NCBI RefSeq assembly: GCF_036321535.1 | Contig: NC_087438.1 | Span: 13,890,001-13,954,000, forward strand | DNA from: Camelus dromedarius | Lineage: Eukaryota | Reading direction: 5' to 3' | Length of the DNA: 64,000 bases | Part shown: positions 40,216-52,224 of the stretch, piece after piece | Layout of the letters: every line of letters begins with the position of its first letter | How positions within the stretch are numbered: the stretch's first letter is position 1 | Notes under the pieces: generated by a model | The model's database searches: none | Seen by the model: the letters and a program-made list of their open reading frames with translations, nothing else | What the model was told of the DNA's origin: nothing | Position numbers and translations under genes: made by a program

Positions 40216-41789
40216 AGATATTATTTCAAATTTTTGTTTCTGAATATGCCATAATTTCATCTGCCATATGTGATCCTTTTCAAATAATTTCTTAGACTGC
40301 ATCATAAAATGTTAATGGTTAGCTGAAGTACATTTAAGAAAGGAAGATTTGATGGGAATAATAAAAGAGCATTTGGTTCACTGAAGCTTGTCCCTTTTAA
40401 TACACTTTTTCCCAGGATAGTATTGATTCTAATTGCTTCTTAAAAGACCTTGTGTCTTTGCTTCAGTAACTCTGCCAGGTGAGCAAATAAGTCATTCCCT
40501 GAGATTAACCCCAGGCCCTCGACTACCGCAACTGTAATTAACTGATCATTAAATGTATTCTAATTAATATTTTTATTACATGAATAATAATATTTATTTG
40601 GGAAAGTGACTACCTTCATATAAAATATATATTTATTAGTAGATAATTCTGGGAGAAAATTGGTTGACATGTAAGTGGTTAGATAATGTGATACATGACT
40701 TATCCAGGATGTCTGACATTATTAAGATTAACCAGAGGGTTCCAAAATCTCTACCTTAAATTATTTCATGCAGATACAGTTTACATTGAAAATGCTACTT
40801 TCAGATTTTTAAAAAGACATATAAGAAACCTAGGATTTTCCTCCATCAAAGACACTTGAATATTGATCATTAAATATTACATGAAGCTCTGCCTGCAATG
40901 TTTTAAATACATGAATAAAATAAATGACTAATTCTACAGCTATTGAATGTTACACATCAAAAGGACAACTGCCCTATATCAGAATCTTCACTGTAATCTG
41001 GAAGAATATCTTTAAAATTGCTTAACCTATGTCCTGTGTTACCATGTGTCAACAGACACTACTTCAAAGCTGGTTCTTCTGCACAATTTTTTTTTTATTC
41101 AAAGTAATGATACAATGGGCCACTTTTCTTTTTAACATTCTCTTACTTTCAATCACAAGCATGACTCATAAAAAACTGAAAGTATGTAAACTTGCAAATT
41201 CCAGTTGAAAATAATTCCTAGTTTTTTTAGCATGCTATGAAGAATAGGAAATTGACCTGTAAAGACTAACAATGACATTAACTAGTAACAATCAAAATAT
41301 TTCTAAAAACTATATATCCATGACCATAAACACAATACCTAAAAAAACAAAGTAAATAAAAGAAGAATCAGTTTACAACTTTGTCACAGCATATAGCCAA
41401 ATAGACTAGGCACAAATCATAAAACTAATGACATGTTATGACTGGTTAGTTTCTAAATAGGCAACCTCAAAGTATTTCAAAATATTCAATTTAAAATTAA
41501 AAGAATGCCTTATTTATTTATAGCTATTACTCTGTTTAAAAAATATGCTCTTCAGGCATATGTATCTTGTTTAATAGAATGAATGTATAATAAAATAATT
41601 TTCAATTGTCCTTATTTTATATATTAAATCTCATAACATAGATACATGTATTTTGTCCTTAACAAGGCTGAATGAAAAACTATAATAGGCTAATAACTTG
41701 CCTGCTTTACAATTAATTAGAGGATTTCAGCTTTCTTTCAAAATTCATACTTTCAATTTAGTCAGGTTGAATATGAAATTCATATACTA

Positions 41790-44700
41790 TTTATCTTCTG
41801 CACATGATGGAGTGGTACATATCTGACTAGCTCTCCCATTGAATATAACCACACAAGCTGCACAATATACATAAAATGACTGTCATTAGAGAGCATTCCA
41901 TGTAGGAAGGCCTGGATGAGGTATGGTCCTTGATGGAAAGGAAGCATAACAAGATAAATTTTATATTCTCAATGACTCAGGGTACTTTTTTAATTTGCCA
42001 CGCCAGGGAAAAGAGACCAAACAGAAAGTATGCACTTTGTGGAGACAGAGATTGGGGTTAAGGGCTGGCACAGTACTTGAAAAGAGAACCAAGGCACAAA
42101 CAAGAAATGTTAGAGAAACGAACTCAAAAATCGGACTGTAATTTTCCTTGTGGTAACTATAGACACGTAGGGTACATCTGCACATGTGGATTCTCTAAGA
42201 AGACAAAACAAAGTACAGCTGGAAGACAAAAGAGCTAAGTGGACATTGCATCCATGAGGCACTAGGAATCAGAATTAGTACATCCTTGTGACTCCAGTTG
42301 ATACTAGAGAAAAACTGGGTTTTAGGAGTAAGGACTACTTCCCAGGAATAAGGGGAAAAGTTCTAACAAAATCTAACTAACTTAAGTAATCCATATTCTA
42401 TATGTCTGCAAGAAAATAACAACTCTCTGTGGAGGAAGGTGACATAATCAGGAATTTCTACAACATTTATACATAATGTTCAGTCAATAATTCTAAGACA
42501 TATTTAAAAATGGAAAATTAACAAAACCAAAAAGAAAACAATCAATAAAGTGACCCAGATATGACGTTAATATTGGAGTTATTAGGAAAGGGTTTTAAAA
42601 TAGCTACAATTAATATGTTTAAGAATATATAGAAAAAAAAAGGTGAAGAATTTTAGCAGATACCAATAATGTATATTTAATAAGTCAAGTAAAAATTATA
42701 GAACCAAAATATGTCTATGCTGAAGAATACACTTAATAAATTTAATATACAAGGTTAATTGGAGAATAAACACAGTGGAAAGGAAGATTAGTGTACTAGA
42801 ATATAGGTCAACATAAAATATTCAGATTAAAGAAGAGAGAAAAAAAATTAAATATAGAGAGAAAAGAATAATAGACTGACAGTGCATAGTTAAATGACTG
42901 AACATGTATACTTTCCAGAATCAGCAGGAAAGAAGTAAGAAAATAAGACAGAAGAAATAATTGAATAAAGGCTGAACAAAATTTCCCAGAACTAATAAAA
43001 GATAGATTAAAAATTCCTTATATCTGAAAAGCAGATTCTTTAAAAAGTAAATACTTCCCAGGCACAGTATAACTGAACTTCTAAAAAGCAAATAATATCT
43101 TAAAATAAGAAAAATATATTAAAGTAGAATAAATTAATCTACAGTAAAATGATAATAAGACTGAGAGCTGACTTTTTAATAGACAAGGTGGTGGTCAGCA
43201 GACAGTTACATTACATCATTAATTATTGAAATAGAAAAAAAAAAACTTCAAAACAGAATTCTATCCCTAGCAGAAATACTTTGTAAAAAGTAGGAAAAAA
43301 ATAAGTTTATGAAAAAACAAAAAGAAAAAAAGAATCATTGATAGTAGACCAGACCAGCACTAAAAGGGACAGAAAGGGATTTTTAAAGAAAATATAGAAT
43401 TTCCTTAAAAAAATGATTATAGAAGGAAACACAGAAATTCAGGAAAGAATAAATAGCACCAGAAAGGATAAATTATAATTGACTTAGTACACAATTCTTT
43501 ACAATTTAACACAACAAAAAATGGCAATTTCATATAGTGCTTAATATATAAGGTAATAAAAATAGCAAAAATCAAAGAGGTTATAATGGTGCTAAACAGT
43601 TTAAAGTTGTTCCATTTTTCTTTCTTTTTCTTTTTTTTCTTTTAATTGAAGTATAGTCCGCTTATAATGTTGTGTCAATTTCTGGTGTACAGAATAATAT
43701 TTCAGTCCTATATATACATATATATTTGTTTTCATATTCCTTTTCATTATAGGTTACTACAAGATATTGAATATAGTTCCCTGTGCTGTGCAGAAGAAAC
43801 TTGTTGTATATCTTCTTTAGATACAGTAGTTAGTACCGGCAAATCTCAAACTCCCAATTTATCCCTTCCTATGCCCTATCCCCCTGGTAACAAAAAGCTT
43901 ATTTTCTATGTCTGTTGGTTATTTCTGTTTTGTAAATAAGTTCATTTGTGTGTGTGTGTGTGTGTCTCTCTCTTTTTTTTAAATATTTGAGTGATATCAT
44001 GTGTTATCTTTCTTTCTCTTTCTGGCTTACTTCACTTAGAATGACGATCTCCAGGTCTATCCATGTTGCTGCAAATTGCATTATTTTAGTCTTTTTTATA
44101 TCTGAGTAGTATTCCATTGTATAAATATACTACAATTTCTTTATCCAGTCATCTGTTGATGGACATTTAGGTTGTTTCCATGTTTTGGCTATTGTAAATA
44201 GTGCTGCTATGGACATTGGGGTGCATGTACCTTTTTGAAATAGAGTTCCCTCTGGATATATATCCAGGAATGTGATTACTGGATCATATGGTATGTCTAT
44301 TTTTAGTTTTTTGAGGACTCTCCATACTGTTTTCCATAACAGTTGCACAAAACTACATTCCCATCAACAGTGTAAGAGGATTCACTTTTCTCCACACCCT
44401 CTCCAGCATTTATCGTTTGTGGACTTTTTAACGATGGCCATTCTGACTGCTGTGAGGTGATACCTCATTGTAGTTTTGATTTACATTTCTCTAATAATTA
44501 GCAATACTGAGCCTTTTTTTCATGTGCCTATTGGCCATTTGTATGTCTTTACTGGAGAATTGCTTATTTAGGTCTTCTGCACATTTTTGGATTGGGTTGT
44601 TTGGTTTTTTCTTGTTATTAAGCTGAATAAGCTATTTATATATTCTGGAAATTAAGCTCTTGTCAGACTCATCATTTGCAAATATTTTCTCCCATTCCCT

Positions 44701-45760
44701 AGGCTTTTTGTTTTGCTTATGGTTTCCTTCGCTGTGAAAAAGCTTATACATTTAATTAGGTCTCATTTGTTTAGTTTTGCTTTAAAAGCCATTCAATTTT
44801 TTCAAGTGATAAATTATAATTTAAGGTGGAATGAAATAAATTGTAATAACTAGAGCAAACATTAAAGAAAAATAAAGTAAAATAAAATGGTAATTGAATA
44901 GAAAATGAATGAAATCAAATACATGAATAATTCAAAGAAATTAAGAAAGAAGAAAAAAGGGAAGAAAATTAAAAGAAACAAATAGCAAGAAAGTAGACAA
45001 ATAGAAATACATCAGTAATTTATAAGTGTAGTAAATAAAAATAAACAACAAAAATTGTGAAACCAGATTAAATAAAACAAAACAGTAACAAAAACTTAGC
45101 TTAATGGCTTACATAAAACTTTTTAAAAATAAGAACAATATACTTGAAAGTAAAATGATGGAAAACATACCATCCAACCATTAACCAAAACAAGAAAAAA
45201 TCTAGTATAGTTATATTAATATTAGACAAAGTGGACTTTAAGTTATAGACTATTATTAGAGTGATGTTTCACAATGAAATATTTTCAATCCAAGAGATAG
45301 ATACCATGCCTTCAATCTGTATGTATCCAGTAATACGATTTCAAACTATACCTAGACAAACACAACAAAGAAAAACAAAAACTAATACAAAATAAAATAA
45401 TAAACAGAAAAATATAGCATCATAGTGGGATGCATTAATATATATCTCGGTAGCTGACAAACAAGACTTCTGTATGAATATAGAATATTGTGATGACATA
45501 ATGAATAAACTTGAACTAATTCACATATGTAGGAAACTAACCATGAAGCTGCAAAGTCTACCCTCTTATAAAGTGCATAGGGATGTGTCTAAATTAAGTC
45601 CATGCTGACCTTTGAAGAAACTCTCAAGAAGTTTCAAAAGATGCCTGAAACCACGATAAAATAAATTAGGTATCCTTTTTAAAAAAGTGTACTAGAAAAA
45701 GTCCAACTTACTGGTAATTAAAACATGCACTTCACATTTTGATAGATCAAAGGAGAAGCT
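41790..45760 (+). mobile_element. Ancient L1 5'/ORF1/ORF2-start remnant, interrupted by a younger L1
   Basis: A-rich; ttttaaaatagctacaattaatatgtttaag, aataagactgagagctgacttt, agaattctatccctagcag, atattaatattagacaaagtggactttaag. Confidence 0.7.
43615..44784 (-). mobile_element. Younger 5'-truncated L1 (artiodactyl/camelid-type 3'UTR plus ORF2 C-terminus)
   Basis: T-rich tail, then aattgaagtatag...ggttactacaagatattgaatatagttccctgtgct. ORF 44130..44348 (-) reads [20 protein letters not shown]...AALFTIAKTWKQPKCPSTDDWIKK, the L1 ORF2p C-terminus. Confidence 0.92.
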
Positions 45761-48700
45761 TGCTTGTTTGTTTCTTTTAATTCCTGTTTCAAGTAAAATA
45801 TTAATGCTGAATATATTATATGCTATTTATATTTGCTTTCATGAAAATATAAATAATAAATTAAAGACAATGGTCCTTCCTCTAAAATATTTTGCTATCA
45901 ACAAAATCACATCAATGTCAATATCTTCATCAGTGATACTTCCTCTCTCACCAACATTAAAATTTACCCAAATTTGTTAGTTTTCTAATTCTCAGCATTA
46001 TGGGAAATACTGCCATCTATTGAACTTTTAGGACTTGATACCCCCCAATATTACATTGTACTTTATCAAGTCTAGTCACCAGTGGGCTAAAGTTGTTGGA
46101 TCACTTAAAATTTTGCAATCATTTCAAGCTCTTCAGGGAAGTTTTGTTAAACAAGTTTCTGCTGTTTTACTGTGATTATTTGACATGGGTTCCTCTTCTT
46201 TCCCCAACTAGGTTACTTACAAGGAAATTCTCAAACTACAAGTCCCTCATCTAGGGTATAGAAGGTTTGTGTTATGAACTTTCATGTAAGATATTGATTT
46301 TATATGCATATTCTTTATATAGAATAATAGACATTAGTGAGTTTATACCTACCTGAGGAAAAAAATTAAGGAATAACTATAACTTAATTATACCATAGTT
46401 GAAGTCAGAGAAGGAAATAGTAAGAATCTTAAGAAGTAGAGTAGATTCCTTTCAATAGAAGGATTAATATTGAGGAATTTACACCTTGAGATGTTTTTCT
46501 CTGAAGAAGAACTGGGCATCCCTTGTGTCCTTTGAGTAACGATTCAAGCCATAGATGGGCTGATTTGGTCTCTTTCCCTGAAAGTCTTACCCGTAGCTCC
46601 CTTTCCTAATACTGTCCTGCCCCCATGTAAGCATTACCTGGAACTGAGCAGCCGCTGTCCTCTTAGTTGGATGTGTACCATTCAGCCTCTATTCTCCCTG
46701 TAGCCTCCCTGACACCGACAGGCAGCCTGCTTCCACCTGGACCTTTATTTGCCTTGCATCTCCCTAGTGTAAAGACTTTGGAAAGCAAATTATCAGTCTA
46801 GATCCCTCTAACTCTCGAATGCTTACTCAAACCTATTTAGCTTAAATTAAGATACAGTGATTGCTTTAAATTAATATATACGATGTAACAAGCTGACTCA
46901 CTTTCTCAGGCCAGGGTAAATTAATAAAAGAAAGAAAAAGAGAATGTAAAAGATGCTGTGAGAGAATGTTTTCCAAAGTTTTGTGTGCCAGATGTTTACA
47001 CTGCAATCAATCACAGTATGAATGTAACACGGCTCTCACAGGTAAAGAGAGAAAAAAGTTAGATCAGTAAAAAGAAAAAAAAAAACTTAAGAGAAACAAT
47101 TAGACTACTGGATCTATTTGATGACGGGATATGATCTTAATATAAATTGAACTGCATATGGATTTGTACATTTCACAGTGCCTCATGAACACAAGTCCTC
47201 ATAATGTATTGTTTCTTCCTCCAAGCAGTTTGCAAAGTTTCCCCCAGATATCGAGCCATTTGATGAGTTATAATGCTTGTGGGAAAATTAAAGAATGCTC
47301 TACTGCAGGCTACTCTCGTTATGGTGACACCCAGTCATTCCGAAGGCAGCAGTATGTTTAGTGCTGTATGAGTGCAAAATAAAATCTCTTGTAAACAAAT
47401 CACAGTGTGAGGTTCTAGGTGTGGACTAAGTCGGTTTCCAAACACTAAGAGCATCTTACAGTGTGGCAGGGTCGACAGCTGTCAGTCATTCCAGTCATTC
47501 CATTCATTCTGCATGGACGGCTACTGACTGAAGAAAGGTAGGTCCCATTAGCTGTGATGTGTTCACGCAGAGAGTGTACATTTATTCTGCGTCCTTGTCG
47601 GGTAAAACCATTGTTACACTATAAACTGATGCTTCAACAATACCACTATGTCAATCAAAATAAAATTCAGAATATATTTGTCTCTCTTCATCACCATGAC
47701 AATTTTCTATTGACTTCTAAAATCAATTATAACAGACTTGTCAACTTTAAAATCAGTTTTTAGGTAGAGAAGGAGGGAGAGAATGTGGGAGATACTATTT
47801 GTACCATTATCAAACATTTATTGAGCCCCTACTGTGTAAAGCTTGAGTTTTTTCACTCTACTATAATAAAAATTATAATATTAATATATGTCTTAAAAAT
47901 AGTGGTGGTAGAATCTACTTCAAAAAAGGTAGACAGGTTGTTGTTGCAAGTGATAATAAAGTTTATATTCAACTGAGTTTAGCGTTATCACTGATTTCCT
48001 TTTTAAAAACTCTTTGGACATCAGTCTCCTCACCCTATAAAATGACTGCACTTGTCTTATAATGAAATATGTGTATATGCCTATTGTGTGAAATAAGTGA
48101 CAAAAAATATGAGTACTCTGTAATTTTTTAAAATGACTTAAAATTTAATTATGCTTTATGGTTTAATTTGGTGGACTTATCTACGATTTATGCTTTTCTT
48201 TAAACATACTTTCTTCACAGAGCAAAAGCCACATGAAGGAACCAGGCCACATAATCTTATACCTAGAATCAGTATTTTAAAGCAGTTTTACCTAACTATG
48301 AATTTGACTTGCCTGACTTTAACAAGGGTCCTTCATCAATGTGAGTTTGACAGAGTATTGAAACTGAACTCATTTACAAATTCATTTAGTAATCCTTTCT
48401 CCAGGGCGAGGCACCTGTCTGAGCATTCAAGCTTACAGAGACTAATCAAGCATCAATCTTACTTAGAGGGAGATATGCACCTATGGAAATAAATATAGCA
48501 CAGAAGTGCACGTAACAGGAAACAAGGATTAGTGAACTCTGCAACAGAGTTCAGAGAAACCTACAAGAGGGCTTTTAAAAAAAAAGGAATGTGAGTGTGG
48601 AGAATTCTGGGCTGATTTAAGGATGTGCAAACTCTTATCACGCTTTAGGAAGAGGCAGTATTCCATGGCAGGTAGGCGTGGAGTGTCCTGAGAGCAATAT

Positions 48701-49082
48701 TAAGAGATAAGGCCGGGTAAGGCCATTCACGCTGACTTGTGAAAGCCTTTATTGAGGCACCACATTGCCTACTTTATTACAGTTTTAAACATCATGTGTA
48801 AGAAAGACATAAGGGACAGCCCCCCTATAGGGTTTGTATGATAATTAATGGTTATTCTGTAAAATGTTACCCACAGTTTCTGCCACATTTGAAATACTCA
48901 AACATGTGTCTTTCCCTCTCTGGGGACATCATACACAGTATTTCATTCTGAACACACAGAACCGACGCCCTTTCTCCCCTTGAATTGCTTGACAGTTTGA
49001 TAGTCTGTGCTCTTCATTCACAAGTTCATGTTCTACTCTGAGATCAGATTTTATTATATTAGCTGTACCTTGTTGTTGGATG

Positions 49083-49112
<30 letters not shown>
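49083..49112. repeat. (TG)n microsatellite with one interruption
   Basis: Read directly from the sequence. Confidence 0.9.
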
Positions 49113-49113
<1 letters not shown>

Positions 49114-49533
49114 GTGTAAAAAGCATTCATTCATAACCTGAAGAATTTTTTAAAAATTTCAGTCACAAAATTTACATACGCAATTATGCAAGAGTGGAAT
49201 GCCCTCATCAAATGTACTTTGAATGTATTTTGAATAACTCCGTGAATAAGAATTTGAATAAGAAATCTCCAAGAACAAGAATTTGAATTCCTTAGTAACA
49301 TATAACTGCTTCAGCAAATGCAGGACATCATTACTTAGCATGGCTGTCTCAGTTTTAATATTTAACTGTGATGCCAATTGAAATAGAAATCTTTAACAAA
49401 GTGACAATTATCTACCGGGTTCAGGAGACAGCAAGTGGAGTGATTTCTTCAGTCTCGTGGCTAGAAGGAAGACCATACAAAACAAAATACTCCCATTTAA
49501 GATAACAGTAACATGACATTATATATTCAAGTA

Positions 49534-49756
49534 CAGCTGACCTCTGAACAACGCAGGGGTTAGGAGCGTCCATCCTCTGGGCGATCCCAAAACGCACATA
49601 GCTTATAGTCAACCCTCTGTATCCGGGTTCCTCCGTATCCACAGATGCAACCAGCTGTTGGTCTGGCTGTGTAGTACTGGACTACTTACTACTGAGAAAA
49701 ATCCATGGATAAGTGGGCCCTTGCAGCTCCAGTCTGTGTTGTTCAAAGGTCAACTG
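49534..49756. mobile_element. Tigger2-family MITE (Tigger2a/MER8-like, 223 bp)
   Basis: TIRs cagctgacctctgaacaac and gttgttcaaaggtcaactg (17/19 complementary); TA TSD at 49532-49533 and 49757-49758. Confidence 0.9.
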
Positions 49757-49820
49757 TATTTCATTTTGTATTACGTAAATGAATAGTGATAAGTGCCAAT
49801 CCGGAGGAAGGGGTACTTAC

Positions 49821-49988
49821 TCTGAGGAAACCTTGGGGGGTTGTCGTTGACATCGGTCAGGGTGATGTTGACAGTGGTCGATCCTGAAAGCCCTCCAACT
49901 TGCCCAGCCATGTCTTTGGCTTGAATGACCACTGAGTAGTGTTCTCTGGCTTCTCTGTCCATATTATGTAAGGCAGTTCTAATAACTC
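49821..49988 (-). CDS. CDH18: CDH18 coding exon, 168 bp (EC2 second half: MDRE, AKD, DVNDNPP Ca2+-binding motifs)
   Basis: Minus strand: acceptor tgtattacag|GAGTTATT, donor CCTCAGA|gtaagt, phase 1 to phase 1. Lies inside ORF 49771..50037. Confidence 0.96.
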
Positions 49989-50233
49989 CTGTAATACATG
50001 TTTTAAACAGATCAGTATGGATTGAATAAAAAAGCAACAGACATATCTCTCTCTCTTTTTTAATTTTAAGAGAAGTCGTTTTAAATAAAATGCTTTGGAG
50101 AGAAAGTCAGGCTTCTGAGACAAATAATACCTTAATGTTGTTATTAAAACTGTCTCACTGAAACATTTATTTACAAAGCAATCTATGAGACGCAAATTAA
50201 GGTTATCGATCTCTTTGCGGCCCTGGGGGTGAC

Positions 50234-50252
50234 TGGCCCCTAGGGGGCAGCC
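50234..50252 (+). promoter_or_regulatory. Candidate CTCF site
   Basis: TGGCCCCTAGGGGGCAGCC closely matches the CTCF core TGGCCACCAGGGGGCGC; motif match only. Confidence 0.5.
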
Positions 50253-52224
50253 TTGAAGCCCCTGAAGCCCCTGATGCTGGTGGCCTGATTACTTTACAAC
50301 CTGTGCTCCTCACACATGGCAGCTGAGATGATCGGAGTAGAGGTTAATTTTCCTCCTTACGGGACAATTTACATAGTTTTCTGACGGGGTTGTCAAAAGT
50401 TTGATGATGGAAAACATTGGAGGAGTGTAGACTCTTGAACAAAGATTACAGACAGGAGGCATTGGAATATTTATCAAGACTAAGAAACTGTTTTTGTCAG
50501 GAAATAACAACCACAATCAGAGCTAGATCTAAGTACATCAGCAAAGTAAAGTGATGAGATTGATTCCAAAAATTACATGTAAAAGTTACATTCTTTGTCT
50601 TGTAGTGCCAAAAGAGACATTTAATGCACTCTCTCATTCATTATTACTGGATTCAATAAAGAGATACAAAATGTTAAATATCCATATATAGTTATGTGCA
50701 TGTAGGTAAACACACATACCACACACACAAACACGCAAATACATAAATTAGATAGTTTTGTCAATAGAGCCTTACATTAAAACATTTTAATGGACACACA
50801 TGTTCCACAAGGTCAAGTTTACCTAAGGACTATCAACCATGTCATAAAGTAAAAAATTGTCTTCATGTAGATGAGCCATATTATACATAAGTATTTAAAT
50901 AAATATACATCCATATATTTATATGTAATACAAATGTAATGTAAATATATTTGGTATTCCAAACATAAACAAACAACAACCTTTCTTTCTTTTATTAAAA
51001 ATATTTGGATCATGTCACTTTTGAGAAAGATGCCAATGGCTTCAATCAAACACACACTTGGTTACTTAGCAGCATGATTCATAGGATGATGACAGTTATA
51101 ATAACTGCCAACTATAGAGTTTAACAGATATTTTTACAAGCAATATATTGATATAATGGGAGACAATAAAGTTGTATGTTCAAGTTAAAAAATAGTCTTT
51201 AAAAGTGGAAAGATTAGTCAATTAGTTGTTTTGAATATAAAACACTTAAGTACTCATATGATTTTTATTATATTTTACTGAATTGTTTGCATTTGTACTT
51301 TGAAAGAAGAAACACAGGCACCAGGGAAAGAAATTCCCTGACTTTCAAAACTTGTAAACATATAATTGAGGGAATTCAGGAGAATTTTCCTGAAGCAAAA
51401 TAGGAATGAAAATTACTCTTATCAAAAAAAATTATAACAGTATAATAAATGATTCACCTAATTCATGCATATGAAAAAGCCTCAAGCATCCTTATTAAAA
51501 AGAACAATGCTTTAACACATATGATAAGAAAAAGTTAAATTAATGCAGGAAGGAACAAGCTAAGAATGTACAAAAATGTGTGAAAGAAATATATACTTTC
51601 TAATATATTTTAAAAAATAAAGATGTCACTCTAAAAAGACTACACTATACATGGGACCTGACTCTGTATGAGATTATTGTCCAGAATGTTTTATAATGAA
51701 ATCACGACAGTGATATGTGCCAAATATAAACCTATAAAAATAAAATCTATTATTAAAACGTGAATGATAAATATTTCTTTTATTCAACTTGAAAGTTATT
51801 CATTTTAAGAGGATCACTGAAGAGGGAACAACCCCTGTTTTACATCATGGACCTCAATAATGTCATTGCATTGCCATTACCTCCCTTCTTTGGTAATACA
51901 GCTACTCTGACACAAAATGGGAGGGGAAAAGAAAAAAAATTGTCAACCAAATTTACTTACTTAAAGAAAAGAGCATATTCAGAATGGAAACATCTTTCTC
52001 ATAAATGATTGTCTAAGGAATCATTTAAACTCTCAATTACCTCGAGAATGGCCCAGCTGCATGTGCTTAGCTTTGACTTCCCCTGAGGGCACACAGGTAA
52101 CTGGGGAATGTTCAGTCAAATCGCCATAGCAACACGATCCCCATATACAATAATCCCACTGTCAAATGTAGCCCAGATGCTTATAAGGGGGGTAGCTTAG
52201 AACACAGCTGATGCACACTTTTGG

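Noticed and set aside
44130..44460. ORFs with L1 ORF2p-like sequence (also 34498..35111 and 1000..1273)
   Set aside because: Fragments of truncated, mutated L1 copies, not functional genes.
46008..46025. Weaker CTCF-like matches (here, near 39020 and near 48820)
   Set aside because: Mismatches at core positions; such hits are expected by chance in 64 kb.
17936..49988. Assignment to CDH7, CDH12, CDH9 or CDH10
   Set aside because: The exon structure is shared, but peptides such as [26 protein letters not shown] and PLNYEKKKSY fit CDH18 as I recall it.
49857..50195. 112-aa minus-strand ORF (and the plus-strand ORF 17965..18165)
   Set aside because: Alternative-frame or antisense shadows of cadherin exons with no independent support.
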